A stretch of 63,436 nt of DNA, counting the filler, from Rhabdomonas costata (Eukaryota): assembly GCA_019059605.1 (NCBI GenBank). It is 44 parts of 44 records of this genome, joined end to end, with 100 filler letters (N's around TTAATTAATTAA, not from the genome) between each part and the next. Parts side by side here need not be neighbours in the genome. Positions count along the whole stretch, not along the records: positions 37,549 to 38,894 come from JAHMHO010018738.1; positions 38,995 to 40,338 come from JAHMHO010018739.1; positions 40,439 to 41,782 come from JAHMHO010018740.1; positions 41,883 to 43,226 come from JAHMHO010018741.1; positions 43,327 to 44,670 come from JAHMHO010018742.1; positions 44,771 to 46,125 come from JAHMHO010018743.1; positions 46,226 to 47,569 come from JAHMHO010018744.1; positions 47,670 to 49,013 come from JAHMHO010018745.1; 36 more parts are not named here. One strand, 5' to 3'. Positions within the stretch are counted from its first letter, which is position 1. The number at the start of each line of letters is the position of its first letter. The notes below the pieces were generated by a model. The model searched no databases and had not been told where the DNA came from. It saw nothing but the letters and a program-made list of their open reading frames with translations. Below are positions 38,869 through 52,046 of the stretch, piece after piece. The position numbers were made by a program, and so were the translations under genes.

Positions 38869-39559
38869 TGCTATTCAGGTCTTGAAACCACACANNNNNN
38901 NNNNNNNNNNNNNNNNNNNNNNNNNNNNNNNNNNNNNNTTAATTAATTAANNNNNNNNNNNNNNNNNNNNNNNNNNNNNNNNNNNNNNNNNNNNGTTGGT
39001 GGTTCGTGGGTGGTTTGGTAGTTTGTAAACATCAGTGTTCACCCCCGCCATCGCTCCAACTCCACTCACAGCCATCACGCACAGCGACCTGTGAACACTG
39101 ATGTTTACAAACTACCAAACCACCCACGAACCATCAGCTCTCTTGTTCCGTTTCACGTTCAACCATTGCGTCTCCAACCCTGTTGTGTGCAATTAATCCC
39201 CCAAAGGTCAAATTGTCCCCAGTGCACCACCAAATTGAGTCCCTGGGGCTCGTTTTCATAGAGACAGCGAGTGACGGAGGGCCCGTAGACATCACCAAGG
39301 TCTAGGCGGAAATTGTTCCAGACGTTTGGTCACCCAACACCCCAGAAGAAGTGGACAAACGGTCACAGGAGGACGCTTCAAGAGCCGCTAAAACCCTAAC
39401 CAGCCGGAAAACTGGGCCAGCAATTTCTAAGGGTGTGGGGCAGCCCAGAAATTTGGTTAATGTCACCAGTGTCCCAGAAATGAAATATCACAGGAACCCG
39501 CCCGAGGACACGGACGACCCCAAGGCTGCAACCTTGGGCGACTCCGGGTGTCCTCCCCG

Positions 39560-39960
39560 CAGTTTTGCAGAGCTGGCCGGCACATGGTAGAACTCCGAAA
39601 ATTGGAAGCACCAGCAGCACAGCCAGAGTCATTCAAGCCCGCACCGCGGAGGTTTGCAAAACGAGCGGGGACGACCCTCACGTCCCCCTCAGGCAGCCCG
39701 GGTACGGAGGATCAACACACGTTACCACGATGGGGGAAGCAACCGGGAAGTGCCCCATGGCGATCACATTTGACCAGAATCCCTTTCGTCTTTTGTTGGA
39801 CCTGAACAAGGTGACCCACACCTACCTCCACTTGCAATGAAAGCGAGCACCCCGGGATGATGACCGGCCGACCGCTGAGTTGCCCTTTTCCATGCTGGGA
39901 CAGACGTCGACACCACCTCGAGCACCCAAGCAAACGGAACCGCTTGTCCGCCAGTTCACC
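39560..39960 (+). mobile_element. Possible gag-protease relic of an LTR retrotransposon
   Basis: AITFDQNPFRLLLDLNKVTHTYL resembles the retropepsin LLDSGATHxF motif. Preceded by degenerate VCKTSGDDPH and followed by a stop. Confidence 0.35.
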
Positions 39961-40779
39961 CGTCTGTCAGAGAAGTGTGGGGGTACAGCGAGGATCTCCT
40001 CTCGTCAAAATGACGTTTCGACCCAACAAACAATCAGCGCCGAGCGGCGAGTGTTCTCTGACCTGTGCTTCAAAACCCATTCCTCGTTCCTAAGTGCGAG
40101 CACGAGGGCATCTTGGGCTACCAAATTCTTGCGTTCTTTCAAGTGTAGTTGACTGGAACGTTTGCATTCAAGCCTCCCCTCGCCACCGTTTTTTTCTTCG
40201 AGTTTTCCGTGTTGTGAAACAGCGCAAGAATCACCTCCAAAAAACCACTGTCACGCACGATCGAAAGGTACACTCGGAACCGAAAGTTGTGGTTCGCCTC
40301 CCCATTTACCGTTTTGTCTCATCGTGGAAAAAGGCTGGNNNNNNNNNNNNNNNNNNNNNNNNNNNNNNNNNNNNNNNNNNNNTTAATTAATTAANNNNNN
40401 NNNNNNNNNNNNNNNNNNNNNNNNNNNNNNNNNNNNNNGGTTTTTTGTTAAGTTAATGACTTCATGCCTTCTCTTCGCTTTCACGTCCTGACGCAGGGGA
40501 AAAACGGAAACAAGTGTGTGTGTCGAGTGTCAAGTGAGTGTCGAGGCGCAGGAAAAGAAAGCGAAGAGAAGGCATGAAGTCATTAACTTAACAAAATAAA
40601 TTGCATCCACAGAAAGGGGGAAACGGTTCATGTACAGTGTGACGAGCATGGCGGATCATAGATACACCATTGTGACTGACTTCCTTCCTCTGCTCGAACC
40701 AGTTTCCTTTTTATCCGGCTTCAATTCAGCTGTACTAGCGCATTCACTCCGGTGCTATCAGCACGGTTCGGACACTGAT

Positions 40780-41420
40780 GGGAGTTCGGATGAAGGGCGG
40801 CATTAGCTTGAGCTCAAAAAATGATCTGTGTCCGTGGGCTCCACCGTATAAACTGATGATTCCCGCATATATTTTTGTTGTTATAAACATAGACTTCTCT
40901 TTCTTACAAACCATTTCTTTCTTTTGTCCTGCGTTACATCTTCATCATGAACTCTGCAACCTTCCTCTACCTTTTTGGAAGCCCCTCTTGCAATGTCTCC
41001 TACTCTCTTCACTCCCTGCCAGCACGCGTGCCCCTCCTCACATTTTGACCTTTCCTCCTGTCTTAGTGGACGCCGCCCCCGACCCCGACTATCCCTTGTT
41101 TCGCGTTGGCACAAACCAGCACTGCCGTCACTTACTTCTGTGCGAACTCCGCACTGGGTCCGCAGCGAAAACCAGGCGGACTTGTATGCCCTGTCTCACT
41201 GCATTCGGGCAGGATTATGCAAGCTCAGCCATCTGTGCTTAATTACTGACTCCACCACTGCATATATACGACCCTCAGTGGCCGCACCTCCTCCCGCCAC
41301 CGCTCTTTCTTGCGCATCCCCCGAAGCATTCGGCGCACCGGACACCACTATCACCTCTCTATTGCCCTAGCTCTTGTTTCTTCGGAGGACAACGCAGGAG
41401 ATGCGGCCTCTCACATACAC
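40780..41420 (+). mobile_element. DIRS/Ngaro-like retrotransposon RNase H relic
   Basis: All four RNase H blocks in order across frameshifts: VLVDAA (~41066), ENQADLYAL (~41166), CLITDSTTA (~41245) and LVSSEDNAGDAASH (~41380, cf. WVPSxxNPADxxSR). Confidence 0.7.
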
Positions 41421-41899
41421 ATCTTTCCTCCTGATCAGATTATCCCCCGTTCATCCAATCTCACTGCCCTAACCCGTCCCTTCAGAATCTGCAACGACAT
41501 AGATCGCTTTTGGCAAACTCCCCTCCTGAAGTTCTTTCGTGAGGCGTGGTTTCCCATGTGGTCATGCAAAAACAAACTTTTTGGTGTTCTTTCTCTTGCC
41601 CAGCAGGGAAACGGAAGTCCGAAGGAAACTGACGTCTCCCGCATCCTCCTTGTTGGTGTAAACACACACTTCTCTTTCTTTACAAACCATTTCTTTCCTA
41701 CCTATTTGCCACTGCTCTGACACTGCAGAACTTCTGCCACAGCTCCGCGCTACAGATGACGGACGCCCCCACACCACCCCACNNNNNNNNNNNNNNNNNN
41801 NNNNNNNNNNNNNNNNNNNNNNNNNNTTAATTAATTAANNNNNNNNNNNNNNNNNNNNNNNNNNNNNNNNNNNNNNNNNNNNGGGGTGTGTTGCAAGAA

Positions 41900-42818
41900 A
41901 AGCACTACAACCCATTAACCAGTTACAAAGCAAGGATGTTTCCATCCCTGTCGCCAATGCATCACCCAAAATCACCACCCGGGGCCCATTCCTTGTCGGG
42001 AGTCCCATAGAAGATGGAGTGAAGCCGGGTGAACATGTTCCAACCTACTTTCGTAAACTCATTTGCTGTGCTTCTGTGTAATATTAAAACACTCAAAGTG
42101 TATATATAACACTGTGTGTAAATGTGAGAGCAGCATATCAGAATGCAATAGAGCCGCTCTTCCATTACTTTTTCCCCTGGAAAAAGTAATGGAAGAGCCT
42201 CCAGAAACAGCTAAGAAAGAAGTACCGAAGGATGTTGTGTGTTATCATTTTCTTCCACCTCTTCCTTCAACGTGTGTCGCCGCAGCAGCAACTGTCTCGA
42301 AAAATAACATTCCTGGGTGGTGTGTGCGTTTAAATAGTTACTGGTCTTCCTTTCCTCTTTTCTTGGGAAAAAGGTACAGGAAGGTAAAGGAAGTGCGAAT
42401 GAAAATCAAAATGACATTGGCCATGGTCTTCTCAGTCTTGATTCCCGATTTTGTCATGACATGCCAAGGTACTGACTTACCCACTGGATGAAAATTCGGG
42501 ACGCCGTGTAAACGACTGGATGCAGAAGGAACCGTTTGGTCGAGCATTGCCAGCTGGAGTGGATGATAGTTCAACGTGACCTCCAGCATCATGCTGAGCA
42601 AGGGCAAGTTCCGGAGTGGCAAGGTTAGGGACGCAATTGGCACATATAATGCATGGCAATTGGTCCAAGCCTGAGTGTGGTATCGATATCTGTGGGTGGA
42701 TAAGATAATTTCTGATTGAATGGGCATCAGTATCTTCATTCAGTGACACTGCGGGAGCAGATAGAAATTTGTGTTCCTTAGGACACTTGACGTTTCCGTA
42801 TAAAAACCCAGAACTCAT
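41900..42818 (-). mobile_element. Possible second decayed Merlin-like transposase N-terminus
   Basis: GFLYGNVKCPKEH, HRYRYHT..C, TKSGIKTEKTMANV and DFG*CIGDRDGNILAL loosely follow Merlin domain order. Catalytic motifs not seen. Confidence 0.25.
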
Positions 42819-43585
42819 GAATCAGTTATATTAAACCATTTGGTGCGAAAATATGTGCTGTGGTTTTACACAGTCACATACTTTTTGGTGGAACGATTGG
42901 ATTTCGGAAACAATTTCGACAAAGAACCCCTTTTACCATTTTTATTTTGTCTCTAGCTCTCACTTTACCAACGCCAGCCTTGCGTTAACTTTCAGTTTTG
43001 GTGAGTGTCTAGCGTTGAAGATGCAAACGAGGCGAGGCGATTGCACTTTTAGTGAGATGCTGTTGGTACCCCGGTGGACTGCGTCTTAAAAAGGCACAAA
43101 TCCGCGCCTCTAGTGATCCCCGCAAGGTCCTAGTTGCCCTCGCCCTATCAGGGCATCTACAAGTGCGCGAGTCGGGGAGGGACCCGCGAGCGAGCAAAAC
43201 CATAGGAGTCCCCCCACACGTCATAANNNNNNNNNNNNNNNNNNNNNNNNNNNNNNNNNNNNNNNNNNNNTTAATTAATTAANNNNNNNNNNNNNNNNNN
43301 NNNNNNNNNNNNNNNNNNNNNNNNNNTGTTTTTTTTCTTCTGCGCACTCGAGGCCCACTTCCCCCATGGACTCCCAACTTTCTATGGTGCATGGACACAT
43401 CGGCAATTTTGTCGGTCCATGGCTCATACCTCTCTTATCACTGAGGGTTGGCTTACCCCATGGTCATCCACACATCGCAAACATACAGGGGGACATTAAG
43501 AATGCTACTGTCCACCACCAAACAAACACATACAGCGAGTCAGTATCTAGGGGCTCTGAAAAACAGGATACACCCCACCCCACAC

Positions 43586-44301
43586 CATCCGCTAGCATGG
43601 TGGCGAGCTGCTCCAGGAGCAGCGTGGCCTTGGAGGGGTTGGCCTCCCCAGTGGCCGCCAGCGCGGAGATCTCGTTCATGTAGTCCGTCGCCAGCGGCAG
43701 CGCAGGAACGCGCAGGTCCCCCACGAAGAAGGCGTGCAGCTCCGGGTTGGACACGTAGTGAGGGGCGAGGGCTAACCAACAACCAAACAAACATACATTT
43801 AAAAATCGTACACTTTGCTTCGGAATCGGACAACCAGAAACCAAACGCCAAACAGTTTGTTTCAACTGTCAACCCTACACAGAAGATTCATTTTTGGGAT
43901 TGGGGTTATTCCAATTTAACTTTGCTTTGTCATGCACTGTCACGTTCACAAAGTTGAAACGTTGCAGAAAGCCGATTCGATCCAAGATTTTCAATAACGC
44001 AAATAATTTCAAACACACGGAAATAATTTGCAGCCAGAAACTGCTGTTATCGACAACCAGACAAAAAACAAGAGGGAGCTTGACGGATAGCCTGAACTTT
44101 CGCGCGGCACAGATTGGGGAATGGGTTGCGGGGGATGGTGCCTTGACCTGCCTTGGAAGTGACCAGGTTTGTGGGATCCCTCCAGACAACGTCGGACAGC
44201 TTGTACATCTGCCCCCCAGCCCAAGTCAAGGGCTTTGTCTGGAACGCCAGAGTAATCGCAGGGGCGTGGGTGCGGAACTCCCGGAAGAGGTATCCATAGA
44301 C
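43586..44301 (-). CDS. NO VEIN/sacsin-like protein, two exons
   Basis: Exons 44301-44148 (VYGYL..AFQTKPLTW..VVWRDPTNL) and 43771-43586 (LAPHYVSNPELHAFFVGDLRV..DY) join in phase. The exons are well supported, the family call less so. Confidence 0.6.
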
Positions 44302-45379
44302 CTGAAATCGCACAAACAATCGTCATGCAGCAAGGCTGCGAGCCCCAACACCAGCACGACCACGAGCACAACCCAGTCGGCAGCACCAGAACAGCACCGG
44401 TCCCACTTACCTTTTATGCCAACCAGTCCATGTGCAGAGGAGAATCAGCCGATGAAGATTGCTTTTTGAGCACCACGTATTGTTGACGGGGGGCCCCCCT
44501 GCTCCTGTTGGGATCCTGATCCTGATCCTGTTACGATGGAAGCCTCTTGCGAAGTGGATACAAAAGTCTGCGCGCTAGCACACAGGCACAAAAAAAGAAA
44601 AAAAACACAAGCACACAAACACAAACACAAACACACACACACAAACACACAGACACACAAACACAAAAACNNNNNNNNNNNNNNNNNNNNNNNNNNNNNN
44701 NNNNNNNNNNNNNNTTAATTAATTAANNNNNNNNNNNNNNNNNNNNNNNNNNNNNNNNNNNNNNNNNNNNAGGGCGATGCAGGTCGGATGGGCGTGTGAA
44801 AGTCATTGCTGGATCCTGATATCGCGCACCGCAACGATGCAAATTTTCCTCGTGGCGTGTTCAAAAGGGTCAAAAAGGCTTCTACGGTGAGGCATGGAGT
44901 AAAAGATTAGAAATTGAACCGCTAGAGGGCATCCGCTTGGACCCTGCATTCAGGCAGAGGGCCTGCTTTCGGAACGCTTTCGAGCTTTTTTTCTTGCAGG
45001 CCGGGCGACGCAGCTGGAGAATTTCTACCCCGAGCAGGAGAACGTACTCCAAGGTAAAGGAGGATGCTCATTTGAATGGAGGGGTTTCATTTCACGTAGT
45101 GACTTGTAGTTTTTTCTTGTGTGTGGGACCGCTCTTTGTCTCGAGATGAAGCGGTGGCCCTCGCTTGAAATCAGCTCATTCATTCCTTGAGCGAGTGGGT
45201 CCCTCCTGGTGTTCCTTCCAAGTGCTTCAAACTGTTTTGCGGCGGATTTTCGGATTTAGGCATCGCTTTTGTTTCGTTCTTTCGGTTGCTATGGATCCTT
45301 CTTGGCCTGTGTTGATTCCCCTGTAACCCCCTTGTGATCCTTTTCCTGCAGACCCCACTGAGGAGGCCATCTTTACCGT

Positions 45380-45425
<46 letters not shown>

Positions 45426-45495
45426 TCTCATTGGCAAAGTGGGTTTTGGGCTAACAGCACCTCGATAAGTCGATGTCCAGGGTCGGGATGGGTAG

Positions 45496-45637
45496 ATCTA
45501 ACTGAAGGATTTGTGAAGATCTAATTGAGGGACAGCATGCCATGCCGCTGCTCCACTGTAGGTAATCTAACTGAAGGATTTGTGAATATCTAATTGAGGG
45601 ACAGCATGCCATGCCGCTGCTCCACTGTAGGTAATCT
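45496..45637 (+). repeat. 69-bp tandem duplication
   Basis: Units start at 45496 and 45565, one mismatch. Confidence 0.95.
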
Positions 45638-47711
45638 GCGCTTCACTCCGTCTGCAACCACGATCTGCCATTGCCTAGTGGAGCCGACGCGTAGATTGTT
45701 TAGATACATGTTTCCTTTTTCTCAGACGGCTTTCACACAACCCAAGAAAAAGCAGAACAGTAGCGCAGTTCGTTAGGGTGTCAATTCAAAAGTAGGAGGA
45801 GAAGGGAGGGGGGCGTAAGTTTGGGAAGGTGAAAGAGAGAAATCAGTAGGAGAAAAAGTAGCGGGCAATGGACCACCGGCTTTCGGCTCCTCTCACTGCC
45901 TTCCATTCCCACCCCACCACTGTGAGTTTTTCTTCTGCGTGCAGCTGGGTGCGGCCCCGGTGAAGGTGCTGGCCTCGCTGAAGCGGCCTGCCTCCCTCAG
46001 CCCGGTGTCCTCCCCATCGCCATCCTCGCTGGGGGGCTCGCCGTGCACCACGGCAGGCGCCCTGCCTGTGGCACCGCTGTCCCCCCTCGAGAAGGTACAG
46101 CAATCAGGCTCTGCCTGACCACCCCNNNNNNNNNNNNNNNNNNNNNNNNNNNNNNNNNNNNNNNNNNNNTTAATTAATTAANNNNNNNNNNNNNNNNNNN
46201 NNNNNNNNNNNNNNNNNNNNNNNNNGGGTTGTTGGGCGACATTGGCTGGAACCACGGTGATAACAGGAGAGGGGAAACCGGGCAGACCTCCGTGACGTCC
46301 GCGGGAGGTGATGTCTGTGCGTGTGAGCCGAGCTTATCTGGGCCGAAGGCTGTTCAGCAGCAATGGGCGGAGCATCATTCAACACAAAGCACAGGAACGG
46401 CCGCAGGGGGAGGAAGGTATAGGGAGAGCCCTGGGTGTGTGGGATCCCCCCAGCTGGTCACCCCGTCAAGGGGAGCATCCTGGCACACGGGAAATGAATT
46501 CGGTGGAAAACTGGAAAGCACCCCAACTTCAGGAACACAACAAAGTGACGAGGAAGAGAGGAATGGAAACAAGGCAACGCCGCACAAAAATAAGGAGCCT
46601 GCAACCTGAAATTGGACGACAAGAAGTGCTTGCTCGCACCCGGTGAGGGGGGTTTCGACATCGACAAGTGGGGGTCATCTGAACAACACGGTACCTCCAG
46701 TAGCACATTGTTTGTAAAACTCTAGGCCGCGATTCAGGCCCAACGCGAAGTCCTCATAAGGGCAATGGTGCCTGTTACATGTGCTCGAATGTGTGCGCCG
46801 TCGCTCCCAGTCTCCCGGGCTTCAGCCAAACTTCTCTGGACGGCATCGGGTCCGAGTGGGTCATACCATTGAGCCATCAGCACCAGTGTGGAGTGTAGAA
46901 TGTGTAATTCCTCTTTTTCTGAGCAGAATTGCTCCCAAGCTCACCAGCTTTTTTCGGGAAAAAGAACTGCTCCCGTTGGTAGCACATTAGAAACGAGAGC
47001 GTGTCCGGATCACCGCATTGCCCTGGGTGTTTTTACATTCATCGTTCCATCAGTGCCGAAGCCAGGTCGCCTATTTCGAAGACATTCTCGCCATGGACCA
47101 AAGGCAAGCAAGCCAATGCAATGGAATCGTACTCACGCGGCTCTGACAAAAGAAGCCGTGGGAGACATTCGACACAGCGTCGAAACCTTTTAGAGGCAAC
47201 TGATGACAGGAGCGACAGAAACCCTTAAAACTCAGAATGAGAGAGAGAGAGAGAAGGAGAGTGAGTGAGCGAGCGAGTAAGGGGTACCCGGGGGACTGGG
47301 TCCCCAGGACACGTATTGTACAGACAGCGAAAGAGCACCGGAAACAACAGACGGCTTTGGCAAAGCTCTCATTGAGCTGTCGTTTCACAAGCCCTTCGAA
47401 GCAAAACAAACCCGCACAGATGGAATACTAACAGAGGGAAAGCAAAAGGCTGCGGGGCATTCACAAAGCCGTGGTTGCTGCTCTGCCTCGCCAGTGTCGT
47501 CACTCAGAAATCTAAGGAGGAAAAAAGATAGCGAGTGAATCAGACCTACTCCGGGGTGCACAAAAAAACNNNNNNNNNNNNNNNNNNNNNNNNNNNNNNN
47601 NNNNNNNNNNNNNTTAATTAATTAANNNNNNNNNNNNNNNNNNNNNNNNNNNNNNNNNNNNNNNNNNNNCACAGAATACCATCACCGCAAGGACCGTTTT
47701 TAGTTTAACAG

Positions 47712-47864
47712 CATCCCCAACTCCCTTGTGGCGATGCCCCAGCGATTTCAGTCAGTTCCAATGCCAACGAAGTTGACTTGTGGCTCACCCACTTGGACAA
47801 GCCTGTCCCGATGATTCTCACCTGTGGACAGAAGAAGGAGGCCTTCAACCAGCTCTTCTCCAAG
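47712..47864 (+). CDS. Hypothetical internal exon
   Basis: ..ANEVDLWLTHLDKPVPMILTCGQKKEAFNQLFSK has coding-like codon use and ends AAG|GC just before a CA microsatellite. Start uncertain (47712 or 47743). Confidence 0.5.
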
Positions 47865-47911
47865 GCGCACACGCACACACACACACACGAATTCATCTAC
47901 ACACACACACA

Positions 47912-48226
47912 CTTGGTGCACTTGGCAAGGATGAGTTTTTTCTGGGGAGGACTCGAGGTCCACTTCCCCCCTGGGCTCCCACCTTTCGATGGGGCATGGG
48001 ACCATCGGGCCTCACACCCTTGTCAGCCCATGGTACCTTGTCCCGCTGTCTTGTCACGTAGGGTTGGTTTACCCCATGTGACCCCCGACCCACAGTGTAC
48101 GCGGGGCCTTGGGAACCCCGATTGGCGCGTTTAGAGATCTCTTTGTGGGTACCCAACCTTCCGCGCTCGTACACTTCCCTTTGGGCAATATTGTCCTTCT
48201 GGGTTTGGGTCCTCACAACATAAAAG
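47912..48226. mobile_element. (CA)n-associated interspersed repeat, copy 2 (apparently complete)
   Basis: Homologous to 5387-5680 and flanked on both sides by (AC)n. Confidence 0.9.
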
Positions 48227-50556
48227 CACACACACACACCACTCACATTCACACACCCTTCATCGGGAACCATGAAGGTTGCACGGCGCTTCATTCCTTC
48301 CGGAGATACGGACTTTCGGCGAGAAGCTGCACAGAGGAGAATGCGAAGAGATTCATGGTACAAAGCAAGAAGGGAGGGGAAAGAAAATCCCACCGACACT
48401 GCGCTGAGATATGGCAAGGTTGAAACAGGAAGTGGGGCAAACCCACTTTCCCTCAAAGGCTGACCTTGAAGGAGTCCCACTTCTTTTTGACAAAAGTTAG
48501 ATGTGTCAAAGATGTTTGCGCACGGCAACGCGCCCACCATGACCACAAGACAAGGACAGGTCCGCATGCAAGCACACGCACCTTCAGACACGCTGGGCAG
48601 GCGGTTGCCATGCTCTGCAGAAGAGGCCTTGGGTGAAGCAAGGTCCTGACAACGCACAAAAACAAGGGTGCACAATGCACGGCAGAGGCAGGAGTACGCA
48701 TGTTTTTTCCGTCTGTTTTTTCCCCAGAAAAATATGCATCTCTCGTTATTGTCCGTGCAGTTTCGTATTTTCCGCTGCTTGAAACCAACAAAACTTTTGT
48801 ACATGTTCCGCCTTTGTTCTTCCAACTTTTTCGATTGCCTAATAAACATACTCGTTTCTGGAAAGCGATTCGAGAGGTAAGCCAAAGGCCCATCCTTGAC
48901 TTTGGTTGTGCTCGCCAGCTCTTCATTCACAGACCATAGAGCTTTGTTGCGATCCTAAAACAGCTTTCTAACGTTAACTTGCTGATATGTTTCCCACTAT
49001 TGCACCCAACACCNNNNNNNNNNNNNNNNNNNNNNNNNNNNNNNNNNNNNNNNNNNNTTAATTAATTAANNNNNNNNNNNNNNNNNNNNNNNNNNNNNNN
49101 NNNNNNNNNNNNNGGGGGGTGTGGGAGGCGGAACTAATGCATTGGTCCCAGCAGTTGTCAGCAGCACCCGTTCGCTGTCTCGATGAAAAACTGAGCAACG
49201 ACGATCTGCTAGAGAGACCTCTCAGATTCATCCCGCGCTCGCATTTCCCGAATGGCTGTTTTTGGTTCTGTCAGTCCGCTTCGCCAGAAGTTTCTTTACT
49301 TGTCCCTTCCATGTACTCTCTGGAGCTCGTGAACAGTTTACCCGGCGTCAAGGGTGTGTGGTGGTGTGTGGGAGAAGATGCACATCTCAGTGCGAAGAAC
49401 CCCTGTGTGTGTTATCTGTTTGTGTTTGCGTGTATGTGTGTGTGTGCGGCACACTGTGCTGCCTTCCGGTGGAGGTGCTTGCTTCAGGCAGTATAACCTA
49501 CTGTGTATGCTTGCATCTTAAGTTGCATTGATGTCGTGCGTTGGATTTTATACGTGTCACCTGCGGGTGGCGCGGTGCAGTCGTGTTTGTGCCGGTTGCC
49601 TTGTGACTCTTGGTGGAAGTGCCTCCTCGCGGACGAATAGGTCCTCGCAGTGGCCGAAACGGGGTATGCTGAGAATAATGAATGTGGGCTGTGGGGGGTG
49701 AGCTATGCCCTTGGCCCCCGCACGACTTGTAAGTTCCGTTTTCTTCCCTCCTCGCATCACCACTCCCCACACCCCACAACCCCCTGCCGCCTTTGGATAC
49801 GTCGATGGATTCCGGGGTGAATCGAAACTCGGGTGCCCCGCTCAGGTGCGCCGCTCTGCCCATACACAGTGTGCCCGTGCAAAGCTTAAAAGCCTCAGGC
49901 TTCTGCCGGAATATTAAAAGGCGCTTCTTCAGTGAGGCCGTCTGGTCTGAGCTTGCGGTCGAGAGGGGGTCCCTCAAGTGGCCCCATCACGGCTCACGGT
50001 AGCCCCCAATTTGGCCCTCGATTTCAGCCTTGACACGGGGGCGCAGTGGTATGAAGGCATCATACTGTGAACGTGATTCGCTTACTTTGCGTCTGCTTCA
50101 GCGTCAGCTTCTACATCTGCTTGCTGCATACGAGAATTCTGACCTCCACTCTTCGATACTCGAATAGGACGTGCTGAGGGCTTCCGTACAGGGCCCCTGG
50201 GGGAATCGAGCCTTGGAGAGGAACCCCCACACACAACAGATGCCTCCCAGTTTCCCCTCCTGCCGGTTGTATCTTTATTATTAATACAAACCCATCACAT
50301 TTGCTGGATAGTAAAACACGGATTGAGGTTGCCCAAGCTATGTTTGTTTTGAGGCTGCTCTCTCCTCGCGTTGAGACGCCCCATGCGCCGTCATTGCACC
50401 AATCGGTATCCTTCTTGCTCAGCTGCTGCACTTTGGTTCGCTCTTACCACCCCCCCNNNNNNNNNNNNNNNNNNNNNNNNNNNNNNNNNNNNNNNNNNNN
50501 TTAATTAATTAANNNNNNNNNNNNNNNNNNNNNNNNNNNNNNNNNNNNNNNNNNNN

Positions 50557-51899
<1,343 letters not shown>

Positions 51900-52046
51900 N
51901 NNNNNNNNNNNNNNNNNNNNNNNNNNNNNNNNNNNNNNNNNNNTTAATTAATTAANNNNNNNNNNNNNNNNNNNNNNNNNNNNNNNNNNNNNNNNNNNNG
52001 TTAATAAAAACTAACCAAAATACGCATGAAGCGCATGCCAGCGCAC

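Noticed and set aside
47893..48930. 345-aa minus-strand ORF
   Set aside because: Runs through a microsatellite and the non-coding repeat, with no recognisable domain.
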